Source: Candidatus Poribacteria bacterium (GTDB taxonomy: Bacteria > Poribacteria > WGA-4E > PCPOR2b). Taken from it: a stretch of 64,000 nucleotides of DNA. The stretch spans positions 2,400,001-2,464,000 of the forward strand of contig OZ242326.1 in assembly GCA_965208325.1 (NCBI GenBank). Reading direction: 5' to 3'. The position numbers and the translations under genes are program-made. This document shows positions 20,970-31,700 of the stretch, in pieces (within the stretch, counting starts at the first letter, position 1; each line of letters opens with the position of its first letter). The notes under the pieces are model-generated. The model saw only the letters and a program-made list of their open reading frames with translations. It was not told the origin of the DNA and made no database searches.

Positions 20970-21728
20970 TTGTTAAAAACTTGCCACTACACTGTTCATA
21001 GTAGAATGATGTTAATACACTTCGTATTCTTCATCACGCTTTCACTTGTATTCGCGCTCACTCACGCGCTCTACGCATCCCCACTGAAATCCCTTTCTCT
21101 AGACTTTTCACGCGAATTAACTGAAAATGAAAAAACGGAGCAAATAACAGGCACCTTGCACTACGATGCAAACGCAGCACGCGTTGTCGTTGAAGTGATG
21201 AAACCGCTCCGTCAGATAATGGTTGTGACAGACAACGTCCTAGAAATCTATTACCCTGTAGAGCGGCAGGCGTTCCGAATTATGTCTAAAGGACGGGTTC
21301 CGCTCCCGTTTGTCGAATCCATCATTCAGTCCGCTCAAGCTGAGTATCGCTTAACCGCGATCGGCTATTCCCTTGACAAACATGAGATACAGGATGACAT
21401 GCTCTATACCTATTGGATACCGCCGGACAAAGCGAAAGACCGAATCGGTGCAGTCGTTCTCGGTATACACGACGATCGTATCCTTTCTACCGAAGTTAAA
21501 AACCCTAAGGGAGACACAATTGCTAGGTCGCAATATCAAGACCACAGCAAACTTGGCATTAGCTTCATTCCGATGACGGTTACCTCCAAGACGTATGGGG
21601 CAAAATCTGAAGTTTTGCAACATGAGCGGATATTCTATAGCAACCCACAAGTGAACGCGGAGACGCCGAACCCGATACTATATTTTACAATGCCGGAATC
21701 CGTAAAAGTTAAGATCGTTAAATGGTAG
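20970..21728 (+). CDS. Exported protein, possibly LolA-like carrier fold
   Basis: Signal peptide, 'LKSLSLDFSRE', 'QITGTLHY', 'PLRQIMVV...LEIYYP..RQAF', C-terminal 'FTMPESVKV'. Confidence 0.5.
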   Translation: MLKTCHYTVHSRMMLIHFVFFITLSLVFALTHALYASPLKSLSLDFSRELTENEKTEQITGTLHYDANAARVVVEVMKPLRQIMVVTDNVLEIYYPVERQAFRIMSKGRVPLPFVESIIQSAQAEYRLTAIGYSLDKHEIQDDMLYTYWIPPDKAKDRIGAVVLGIHDDRILSTEVKNPKGDTIARSQYQDHSKLGISFIPMTVTSKTYGAKSEVLQHERIFYSNPQVNAETPNPILYFTMPESVKVKIVKW

Positions 21729-22204
21729 CTTATCCCAGATTATCCAGATTCGTCGGTCGGGGTTCCTGTGTATCTGCCCGAACCATCCGTATAGTCCTCC
21801 ACATTGCATTCTGTTTGTCATTCGTTTTCCTCGTATTTCCCACACCCGCAGATGAAGCCGCCGACTTAGCATTCATCCGAAAGGCAAATCCAATTTCAAC
21901 CCTCAAACCGCAGGAGGCTGTCCGCTTTAATCTTCAGGAGACCTCGGAACTGAAACTCACCGCGGCTGGTCTGATTCGCTTGTATCAGAAATTTATCTCT
22001 AGCCAAGACGGTCCGGCGTGCAACTTCGTACCGAGCTGTTCACGTTTCGGCATGGGGTGTATTCAGGAATACGGCATGCTGCGGGGATTGTTGCTTACCA
22101 GCGACCGGTTGCTTCGATGCAACGGCACGGGATCGACACATCACTACAAAGATGAGACCACTGGCAAATATATAGATCCGGTATTAGATTATGCAGCTTG
22201 GTAA
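21722..22204 (+). CDS. YidD (membrane protein insertion efficiency factor / Haemolytic domain) paralogue with N-terminal hydrophobic extension
   Basis: LIRLYQKFISS...CNFVPSCSRF...IQEYG..RGLLL..DRLLRCN...DP. Confidence 0.85.
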   Translation: MVAYPRLSRFVGRGSCVSARTIRIVLHIAFCLSFVFLVFPTPADEAADLAFIRKANPISTLKPQEAVRFNLQETSELKLTAAGLIRLYQKFISSQDGPACNFVPSCSRFGMGCIQEYGMLRGLLLTSDRLLRCNGTGSTHHYKDETTGKYIDPVLDYAAW

Positions 22205-22277
22205 TTGTTAATTTAGCAAGTTTCGAGTTAACACAGCTACAGGTCAACCGAAAGGCGGATGATTTCGTTTCCATTAT

Positions 22278-23153
22278 ATGCGACTACGGCGATTCACGCT
22301 TATTTTCCTCCTTGGTACCACGTGCCTATCGGTTGCAAATGCTGAGAAGCCCCGCGACTACTACAGCCCCGAGAACGTCAGAAAATTCGCCGATTTTCTA
22401 TACGAACAGGGCGACTACCTCCGCGCCGCAAGTGAATATCAACGCTATCTGTTTTATCAACCTGGAGAAAGCGATCAAATACATTATCAAATTGGACTAT
22501 GTTACCGCCTTGGCGGCAAATCCGAAAAAGCGATTCGGACATTTGAGACTTTTCTGCACACCTATTCAGATAGCCAGTTGATTTATAGTGCACACTACCA
22601 GATCGGCGTCGCCTATTTCCTCACGGAGCAGTTTCAGCAATCCGTAAACTACCTGGATGCAGCCCTGCCGCACATTACTGATTTATCGTCTCGTACCGTA
22701 TCGCAAGAACTAATCGGACTCTCTTACCTGATGCAAAAGCGGTGGCTTGAAGCCGGCAAAATTTTCGATGGGTTGCAGGAATCGGAGGTGGCAGAGGTCA
22801 GGGAAAACGCAGCGCTGTACCACAATTACGCAATGCGGGGGACGCAATTGCCAAGCCGCAGTCCATTTTTGGCGGGGATTCTCTCCACAATTGTGCCCGG
22901 CGCTGGTCGGCTCTATACAGGACGTATCGGCGATGCGCTGACTTCACTGTTTACTGTCGGTTTAACGGGTTGGCAAGCTTACGACGGCTTTCGTCGAGAT
23001 GGGTTTTCATCAGCAAAAGGCTGGGGATTTGGTGCGCTCAGCGGAATCTTCTATGCCGGGAACATTTACGGCTCCGTAATTTCTGCGCGTATGTACAACC
23101 GGCACGCCGCGGACGAATTCTTGGGGTCGTTGTCCATAAAATTGTTGTATTGA
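22278..23153 (+). CDS. Exported TPR protein with C-terminal TM2-like membrane segment
   Basis: Signal peptide, TPR-like helices, 'SPFLAGILSTIVPGAGRLYTG'. Confidence 0.75.
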   Translation: MRLRRFTLIFLLGTTCLSVANAEKPRDYYSPENVRKFADFLYEQGDYLRAASEYQRYLFYQPGESDQIHYQIGLCYRLGGKSEKAIRTFETFLHTYSDSQLIYSAHYQIGVAYFLTEQFQQSVNYLDAALPHITDLSSRTVSQELIGLSYLMQKRWLEAGKIFDGLQESEVAEVRENAALYHNYAMRGTQLPSRSPFLAGILSTIVPGAGRLYTGRIGDALTSLFTVGLTGWQAYDGFRRDGFSSAKGWGFGALSGIFYAGNIYGSVISARMYNRHAADEFLGSLSIKLLY

Positions 23154-23194
23154 GTTGTCCCTGACTCGTTGTTAGCTAATCAGTTGGAGTTGCA

Positions 23195-24058
23195 ATGAAT
23201 ACCAGGCGCGTTGTTTTTTCCCTTCTTGCCGCGGCGTTTTCACTTTTCTGTGGCCCCACAGCAACCGGGGAAGATACTCCGCTTTCTCTGGGCTCCCATT
23301 TTTTCAAATTGGGCAATTATGATGCTGCTCTTACTGAGTATAAACGTTTCCTTTTCTTTCATACCGACGATCCCCGTACGGCGGAAACATACCGAAATAT
23401 CGGCATCGCTTATCGAGAACAGGGGCATTGGGGTGAAGCTGTCGCTGCGATGCATGCGGCAGTGCAATACGCTTCAAATCCGGAAGAAAAATCGAAATAT
23501 CGATTAGAACGTGCCGTGATATTCATTGCGGCGCAGGACTACGATCTTGGGCGGCTTGAATTGATAAAGGCGCGGATGCAGAACCCGACAGTTCCGGTTT
23601 TCCGACGCACGCTATTCTTAGAAACTGTTGCCTTTATTTACCAGTTTCAATGGGCGGAGGCGCGTAGCGTGTTGCGGCACTACACCATGGACGAAAAGCT
23701 TGATACCCTTCTTGAGAATGCGGTCAATGCGCCGCAGAAATCCGCTAGACTAGCGAAGGTGCTCTCGGCAATCCTACCCGGTGCGGGGCAAGTCTACGCA
23801 GGAGATTGGCGAAACGGGTTAAACGCGCTCGCGCTGAACGGTGTTCTCGGTTATCTCACAGTTGATGCGGCGCTAGCCCGGCATTACGTGGATGCAGCGC
23901 TGTGGGGAGGGTTGATTTTCTCGCGTTATTACCGAGGCAATATCTTCCGCGCCGACGAAGCCGTGAAGCAGTTCAACACTCAGCAGTCTCGCCGAGCATC
24001 TGAAGCACTATTGCAGCGTCTGCAAGAGGTTGCGCAAATCCAGCAAGAAGTGGAATAA
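23195..24058 (+). CDS. Exported TPR protein with C-terminal TM2-like membrane segment (paralogue of the previous gene)
   Basis: Signal peptide, 'GNYDAALTEYKRFLFF', 'SARLAKVLSAILPGAGQVYAG'. Confidence 0.75.
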   Translation: MNTRRVVFSLLAAAFSLFCGPTATGEDTPLSLGSHFFKLGNYDAALTEYKRFLFFHTDDPRTAETYRNIGIAYREQGHWGEAVAAMHAAVQYASNPEEKSKYRLERAVIFIAAQDYDLGRLELIKARMQNPTVPVFRRTLFLETVAFIYQFQWAEARSVLRHYTMDEKLDTLLENAVNAPQKSARLAKVLSAILPGAGQVYAGDWRNGLNALALNGVLGYLTVDAALARHYVDAALWGGLIFSRYYRGNIFRADEAVKQFNTQQSRRASEALLQRLQEVAQIQQEVE

Positions 24059-24166
24059 AACAAGTGGGAAGCCTTTCGTACGGTGTAAAAACGAACTTGG
24101 ACGACATTTGAAGCTGCAAAAACACACTTGATTTGGAATGATAATCACTAAAAAGGAGATTGCAAG

Positions 24167-25177
24167 ATGTTACATCTGAAAAAACTCTGGAGTCACTTGA
24201 CCGGTTTTGTTATACTCATTTTAACGGTCACGCCTGCATTTGCGCAGTTTGATACTTCAGCACCTACCGCTGTATGTCTGGTTGGCAATAATCCGGGCAT
24301 TGACGACACGGACTCCGAGACTGCGGCGATGTTGGTGTGCGATGAGTTGCGCAAGCAGGGAATTTCCGTCAGCGATCCTGTTTTCGAGGCACCGGCTTCC
24401 GTGAATGTCTACCGCGTTTCGTTGCGTCGTTTGGGGGAGAAGATTTTTGTGCGCTTGAGTCAGGAAAACCCCATCGGAACCGTCATCGCCGAGCGGCAGA
24501 TGACCTTAGCAAATATCGAAGAGATGATTCCCGCGGCGCCGAGGTTGGTTGATGCGCTTGTCCACGGTAAACCGATAGATGCTACGGTTGACATGGAAAC
24601 CGTAGCGGAACAGGAAGCGCGTGAACTTCGAAAGATAACCGGTGAGTCGCTTTGGAATGTGGGCATCTTTGGAACTACCATACTTCGCACTGATATAGTT
24701 GCCGAACCCGGGTGGCAGTTTGGTTGGACCTACCAGACGCCTTCTTATTCTATCGGGACCGAAGGGCGGTTTAGCGGAAACGAAGACGAAGACGACGGGT
24801 TTACTTTTTTCAGTTGGTCAATTGGTGGACGCTACTTTATCAACAAACAGAACATTTCACCTTTTGCGGGCGGCGGACTCGCCATTGTCAATGCTAGTTA
24901 CGTAACTAGAGAAACTGAAGAACACAAAACTCATAATCCTTTCCGTAATGATTGGGATTACGAATACCACGACTATTACGATTCGGAAGATGATTCTGGT
25001 TTAGGTATCTACGGAGTCGTTGGAATTGAGCTTCTGCGCCTTACCCAGAGCCGCCTTAACCTTGAAATGCGAGTGGACAGACCGTTCTTTATTTTGGATA
25101 GCCAAGACATGATGCCCATAACATTCGGAATCTCCTTTTCTCGGAATTACGTTCCCGGTAGTTCCTGCTTGTTTTGA
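24167..25177 (+). CDS. Exported protein with probable C-terminal outer-membrane beta-barrel
   Basis: Signal peptide (AFA|Q); amphipathic strands 'WSIGGRYF..ISPFAGGGLAIV', 'GLGIYGVVGIEL', 'PITFGISF'. Confidence 0.6.
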   Translation: MLHLKKLWSHLTGFVILILTVTPAFAQFDTSAPTAVCLVGNNPGIDDTDSETAAMLVCDELRKQGISVSDPVFEAPASVNVYRVSLRRLGEKIFVRLSQENPIGTVIAERQMTLANIEEMIPAAPRLVDALVHGKPIDATVDMETVAEQEARELRKITGESLWNVGIFGTTILRTDIVAEPGWQFGWTYQTPSYSIGTEGRFSGNEDEDDGFTFFSWSIGGRYFINKQNISPFAGGGLAIVNASYVTRETEEHKTHNPFRNDWDYEYHDYYDSEDDSGLGIYGVVGIELLRLTQSRLNLEMRVDRPFFILDSQDMMPITFGISFSRNYVPGSSCLF

Positions 25178-25623
25178 TTTAAGCATCCCATCAACCGCTA
25201 AAATGATCACGCGAAGATGCCTTCATCCGCTTGAGACTCATTCATTTACAACCCTTGATACCTATATTTGGTGCGGGGTATCACGACTCTCTGCGCCTAG
25301 TTTTATCGAATTCTTGTAAACAAAAGTGTGTTCCCCTTCCATAACACCTAAACATTTCCTCCCCATACTCAAAATTTTCTGAACTGCCCGCCGCCTTTGA
25401 CGCATCAGCCTTTCCGAGTCCAAACCAATGCAATATTGAATGGTATTTATTGCATTTGGCACATTATTTGCCTCATCCCATTTGCCGCAATCCATCTAAC
25501 GTACCAAACAAAACATTACTGCGGGAAATTTTGGCTGAACGACTATCTTAATAATTCAGTCGGTCAGAATCTTAAAACCGATGGTAATTACTGGCGCGTT
25601 ACGAAGTGTGTAGGGCATCTGCC

Positions 25624-25652
25624 TTGACACTAAAGGCGGAATATGGCAAAAT
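25624..25652 (+). promoter_or_regulatory. Probable sigma70 promoter
   Basis: TTGACA-17 nt-CAAAAT with an extended TG, upstream of the 2533-aa gene. Confidence 0.5.
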
Positions 25653-25725
25653 ACCTCGCCTGTATGTTCAGATAAACGTGAATTACCTATAACCTAATGA
25701 TAACGGCTTAAGAGGTGCGGTTACT

Positions 25726-28700
25726 ATGAAATTTGCGATAGTTTTCTTTACGACGTTTTTCCTGTTGTTCAGTTTGATTGCTACGATTCCCGATACGATG
25801 AGCCAAGAGGCAGAGCCGGGGTCGCCGGTTGTTTTATACGGAACCAATGAAGATGCGAATACAAGCGTACCTCCGCCGCCGATGCAGACTCCGCCCCCAC
25901 ATGCTCGCCGGTTTAGAACAGTAAATCCACAGTTTATCGTAACCTATCACGGATTTACGGACGAAGCGCGGGCGGCATTTCAATACGCGGTTGATATCTG
26001 GGCTTCGTTAATCCGGTCTCCTGTGACCATCCATATAGACGCAACGTTTGAAGACCGCGGCGGATGGGAAGATGGATCTATCATTTTGGGGGGTGCAAGA
26101 CCCGGAAACTGGTGGAACTTCGCCGGAGAGCGGCTGTGGGTTGCCTTCGCCCTCGCTGATAAGATTGCCGGTAGAAATCTCAGGAGCGGTGAAGCAGACA
26201 TCATTGTGAGATTCAACAGCAACGAGGATGTAGGTTGGTATTTTGGCACTGACACCAACACACCATCTGGCAAGTACGATTTTGTTAGCGTTGTGCTACA
26301 TGAAATTGGTCACGGTCTCGGTATTTCTAGCACGAGTAGAATGATTGAAACCGGTTTTTTTAGTGTTGAGGGCGCCCTCAGAAGCGGTCCATCCCACGCG
26401 AGATTCCCCGAAGCTTACGACGAATTTGTAGTCAACGGCGCCGGTACTGCGATTACGGAATTTTCTGACCCATCCGCCGCGCTGCGAGAACAGTTCACCG
26501 GTAACAGCCTCTTTTGGAATGGGTCAAATGGAAAACTTGCATACAATGGAGCCCGTCCAAAACTATTCGCGCCCACATGGTGGATTCAAGGGTCGAGCTT
26601 CGTCCATTTGGATGAGGAGACGTTTCAGTCGGGGGATCCGAACTCCTTAATGACACCGTATTTTGATAGAGCGGAAGCGATTCACAGCCCCGGTGCCATT
26701 GCACTCGGCATGCTCGATGATATCGGGTGGACAATTAACAAAGCGCCCGTGTTTGCCGAGGACCGAACTACTCGTTCCGTGGCGGAGAATATGGCTGCGG
26801 ACGTAGATATCGGTAACGCAGTAACCGCTACGGATGCCAACAATGCCGATACAGATGATAACACAGTTGACACCTTGATATACGCCTTGAGCGGTACTGA
26901 TGCGTCATCGTTTGACATTGAACCCTTCACCGGACAGTTGAAGACACGAGCCGCGCTCGATTTCGAATCTAAGTCCGCTTATACGGTAACAGTCATTGTC
27001 TCTGATGGAAGCCTTACGGACTCTACGGCAGTTGATATCAACGTCACCGACGTAGACGAAACCCCCGCTAACAGTGCGCCAGTGTTTTCCGAAGGAAACG
27101 CCGCCATCCGTACAATCGCGGAGAACACTAGTGCCGGTGAAAATATCGGAAGCGAAGTGACTGCCACGGATGCGGACAACGATACCCTAACCTACACATT
27201 GGGCGGCACGGACGAATCTTCGTTTGACATTGACAGTACATCTGCACAGTTGAAGACAAAGGCAGCACTCGACTATGAAACCAAAACATCGTACACGGTT
27301 ACGGTGAGTGTCTCCGATAGTACCGACACAGTCTCCATCACGGTGACTATCGCCGTCAGTAATGTAAACGAAGCTGCACCGGTGTTCTCCGATGGCGCCG
27401 CCGCCACCCGCTCAGTGGAAGAAAATACTGGAGCGGGTGAAGACATTGGCAGCGAAGTGTCTGCTACAGATGCGGACAACGACGTCTTAACTTATACGTT
27501 GAGCGGTATTGACGCCTCATCATTTGATATTGACCGCACATCAGGCCAGTTGAAGACCAGAGATGCACTCGACTACGAAACAAAAAATGTCTACACGGTA
27601 ACGGTTACGGTTTCAGACGGAAGTCTTGAAGCTCGAACTTCGCTTACCATCAACGTCACCAATGTAGACGACGACATTGTCATGGCAGATTGTCAAGAGG
27701 GAGATGTTCTTTCACCAGGAGAAAGTTGTACTTACCCCGACACCGATACCGAGTTTTCTGTGCTTGATAACGGACAAGCGAGCTTGGACGACCCGGATTT
27801 TCCCTCGTGGTTCAACCAAATATCCGTCGGCGGTTCGTTAAATGTAACCGCAACAGTCAATGGTGTACCCTATCATTTGGCTGCCACGGAACTCACCGGC
27901 GGCTCATGGAGAATAGATGAACTCGGAGAAATCGTCGTTCCGACAGTAGACCCAGCCAACCTGAGCCTTACCGCTTCACCGTCGCTGACGGAAGCCACGC
28001 TGAATGGCGGCATAGTGACGCTGACGCTTAGTGGCAGTGCTTTCTCGCGATTTAGTTTCGATGATGTGACTGTGTCCGGTATCACCGGCGTAACAGCCCC
28101 CGATGTAGATCGCGTGAGCGATACTGAGGTGAGCGTTCAACTCGCATTCAGCGGCAACATGGATGCCGATGGTACGCTGACTTTCACGGTTGGTTCGGAC
28201 GCAATTGCGGGCTACGACGGCGCTGCACTCACTGCCGAAATATCCGTCACGGCGCTTGCAGAATCGGTGATCGCTTCAACGTCCGCTCCATTGACAGAGA
28301 GGACGCTGAATGAGGGCATAGTAACGCTGACGCTGAACGGCGGTACTTACGAACGCCAGACTACTGTCAGAAATAACCTGGCGGCATCAGGTATTACCGG
28401 CGTAACGTTCCGGGCTCTTGATGTGCAGCGTATGAGCGATACCGTAGTAACAGTCGAACTGTCGTTTGATGGTACTGACTTCGACAGCGACGCGGCCTTG
28501 ACCTTTACGGTTGGAGCCGATGCAATAGCCGGCTACGAAGGTGCCGCGCTCACCGCCGGTATACCCGTCACCGCATTGTTGGAATCGGTAGCCGCCTCGA
28601 CAACCGCCCCGTTGACTGAAGCAACGCTTAATGAGAGCGTGGTTACACTGACATTGGACGGCTGTACCTACGAAACGCAGACCGCCGTCAGAAATTACGT

Positions 28701-31700
28701 GACGGTATCCGGTATTTCTGGCGTAACAGTTGGAACTTTCGGTATTGCGCGTGTGAGCGATACTGTCGCAACGGTCGAACTGACATTCGACGGTTCTGAA
28801 CTGGACGCCAATGCCGCGCTGGCCTTCACAGTCGCGGCGGACGCTATTGTGGACTATAGCGGTTCTGCCCTTTCAACCCAAATTTCCATCGCCGCACCAT
28901 CGAACCGTGCACCGGTGTTCACCGACGGCACCACCACTGCCCGCTCAGTGGCGGAGAATACGGCAGCGGGCGTAAATATCGGTAATGCTGTGGCGGCTAC
29001 AGACGCTGACAACGATACCCTTACCTACACCCTCGGCGGTACCGACGCTTCTTTGTTCGATATTGACCGCACGTCTGGGCAACTCAAAACCAGAGCGGCG
29101 CTCGATTATGAAACCAAACGCGCCTATACCGTAACGGTCACTGTTTCCGACAGCAGTCTTACTGACACCATCACCGTCACTATCACTGTCAGCAACGTAA
29201 ACGATGCACCGGTATTTGCCGCGGGTAGCGCCACCCGTACAGTGGGTGAGAATACGGGGGCAGGTGAGAACATCGGTCGTGCGGTAACGGCTACGGACCC
29301 CGACAACGATGTCCTAACCTACACCCACGGCGGCACTGACGCCGCTTCGTTTGATATTGACCGCACATCGGGGCAGTTGAGAACGAAGGCAGCGCTTGAT
29401 TACGAAACTAAAACATCCTATATCGTAACGATTACCGTCTCCGACGGCAATCTAACGGACACTATCACGGTCACAATCAATGTGAGCAACGTACCTGAAA
29501 CTCCGACGAACAGAGCGCCAATCTTCTCCGAAGGTAGCCGTACCACACGTACAGTACCTGAGAATACGGCGGAGGGCGCAAACATCGGTATTGCAGTGAT
29601 GGCTACAGACCCCGATAACGACGCGTTAACCTATACCCTCGGCGGTATTGACGCGTCTTCGTTTAACCTTGAACCGTCATCTGGTCAGTTGAAGACAAAG
29701 GCAGCACTCGACTACGAAACCAAAACTGCCTACATGGTAACTATTACCGCCTCAGATGGGACGCTCTCGGACTCCATCACCGTAACCATTGATGTGGCGG
29801 ACCTAGACGATCAAGCGATCCCGACTATAACGTTAGAGTCGCCATCTTTAACGGAGAGGACGTTAAATGGAAGTGTAGTTACTTTGAAGCTGAGTAACCG
29901 AGTTTTTGAACGATGGCTGGGCGGCCTTGTGACCGTGTCGGGTATTGATGGTGTTAGTGTTAGATCGTTTGATTTGGAACGTGTGAGTGATACTGAATTG
30001 ACCGCCAAACTTACGTTTGACGGCACGGATTTTGATTCCGACGCTACCCTTGCGTTCACGGTTGAGGCGGGGGCAATTGCAAGTTATAACGGTCCTGCAT
30101 TCACCAATTCCCTACCTGTCGCCGCAAATCAGGAATCGGTGGTCGCATCCCCTACCTCCTTAACGGAGACGGCGCTTAATGAGAGCTCGGTGACGCTGAC
30201 GTTGAGCGGGCGCGTCTACGAATCGCGGTTCACGGTTGCAAATAACATTACTGTGTCTGGTATTGACGGCGTTACATTTCGCACGTTTGACCTGGAACGA
30301 GACAGCGATACGGTGGTAACGGTTGAACTACGGTTCGACGGTACGGACTTTGACACCGATGCCACTCTCACCTTTACAGTCGGCGCGGGCGCAATAGTAG
30401 ACTATAGGGGTCCCGCATTCACCGCAACAATACCTGTCACCGCCGTGGTGGAAGCCATCCCAACATTGACCGCATCGTCTTCACAACCGCTTAATGAAGG
30501 GACGCTAGATGAGAGTGTGGTTACATTGACTTTGTCATCCGGTGCTTACGCACAATCCAGTTTCGACATCAGCCGTGCTGTCACGGTGTCAGGGATTGAT
30601 GGCGTTACATTTCGCAGGTTCGATATTGATCGGATCAGCGATACGGTGGCAACGGTTGAGCTGACATTTGACGGTACGGACTTTGACACCGATGCCACCC
30701 TCACGTTTACAGTCGGGGCGGGCGCAATTGAGAACTATAACGGCGACGCACTAACTGCGGTAATACCTGTCACAGCGGTTGTGGAGGAAGACCCAACCAT
30801 AACTGCAACAACCCCGCAGCCGCTTACAGAAAGCACCCTAGATGAAAGCGTGGTTACATTGACGCTAAAAAACCGGACTTACGCACAATCCAGCTTCGAC
30901 ATTAGAGATGCCTTAACGGTTGACGGTATTGTCGGTGTTACTATTGGGACATTCGGCGTAAACCGCGTGAATGACACGGAGGTGACCGTCGAGCTAACAT
31001 TCAACGGAGATATTGACACCGATGCTACCCTCACCTTCTCGGTGGAGGCAGACGCCATAGCGAACTACGATGGACACACGCTGGTTGCACAAGTTCCTGT
31101 CACAGGCGGGCAGGAATCGATAACCGCATCAACAGCGGCGCCGTTGACAGAAGCAACCCTTGATGGCAGTGTCGTCACACTCACACTAAATGGCGGTGTT
31201 TACGAACAATCTACCTTTGGCCTCAGAGATGCCGTGACCGTCTCCGGCATTGACGGTGTCACGATTCAAGGGTTCGATTTGGACCGAGTCAGCGATACGG
31301 TGCTTACTGTCGAACTGACATTTGTTGGAAATATAGACACCGATGTTGTGCTCGTCTTTTCCGTCGGTGCCGATGCCATAGCGGGATACAATGGCCCCGC
31401 GCTGGACACACAATTACCCGTCACAAGCGGGCAGGAGTCGGTAACTGCATCAATAGAGGCACCCTTGACGGAAGCAACCTTAGACGGGAGTGTCGTTACA
31501 TTGACGCTAAGCGGCGCGGTTTACGCCCGATCCGTCTTCGACATACGAGATGCTGTAACTGTCTTGGGCATTGAAGGTGTAACTATACCTTGGCACCAAC
31601 CCGATCGCGAGAGCGACACCGTAATCACCGTCGAACTTGAATTCAACGGAAACATTGACACAGATGCTACCCTCACCTTCTCGGTCGGAGCCGATGCGAT

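Noticed and set aside
25262..25627. Short ORFs on both strands, one faintly like an HNH-protein C-terminus
   Set aside because: No catalytic motif, RBS or convincing similarity; at most a degraded relic
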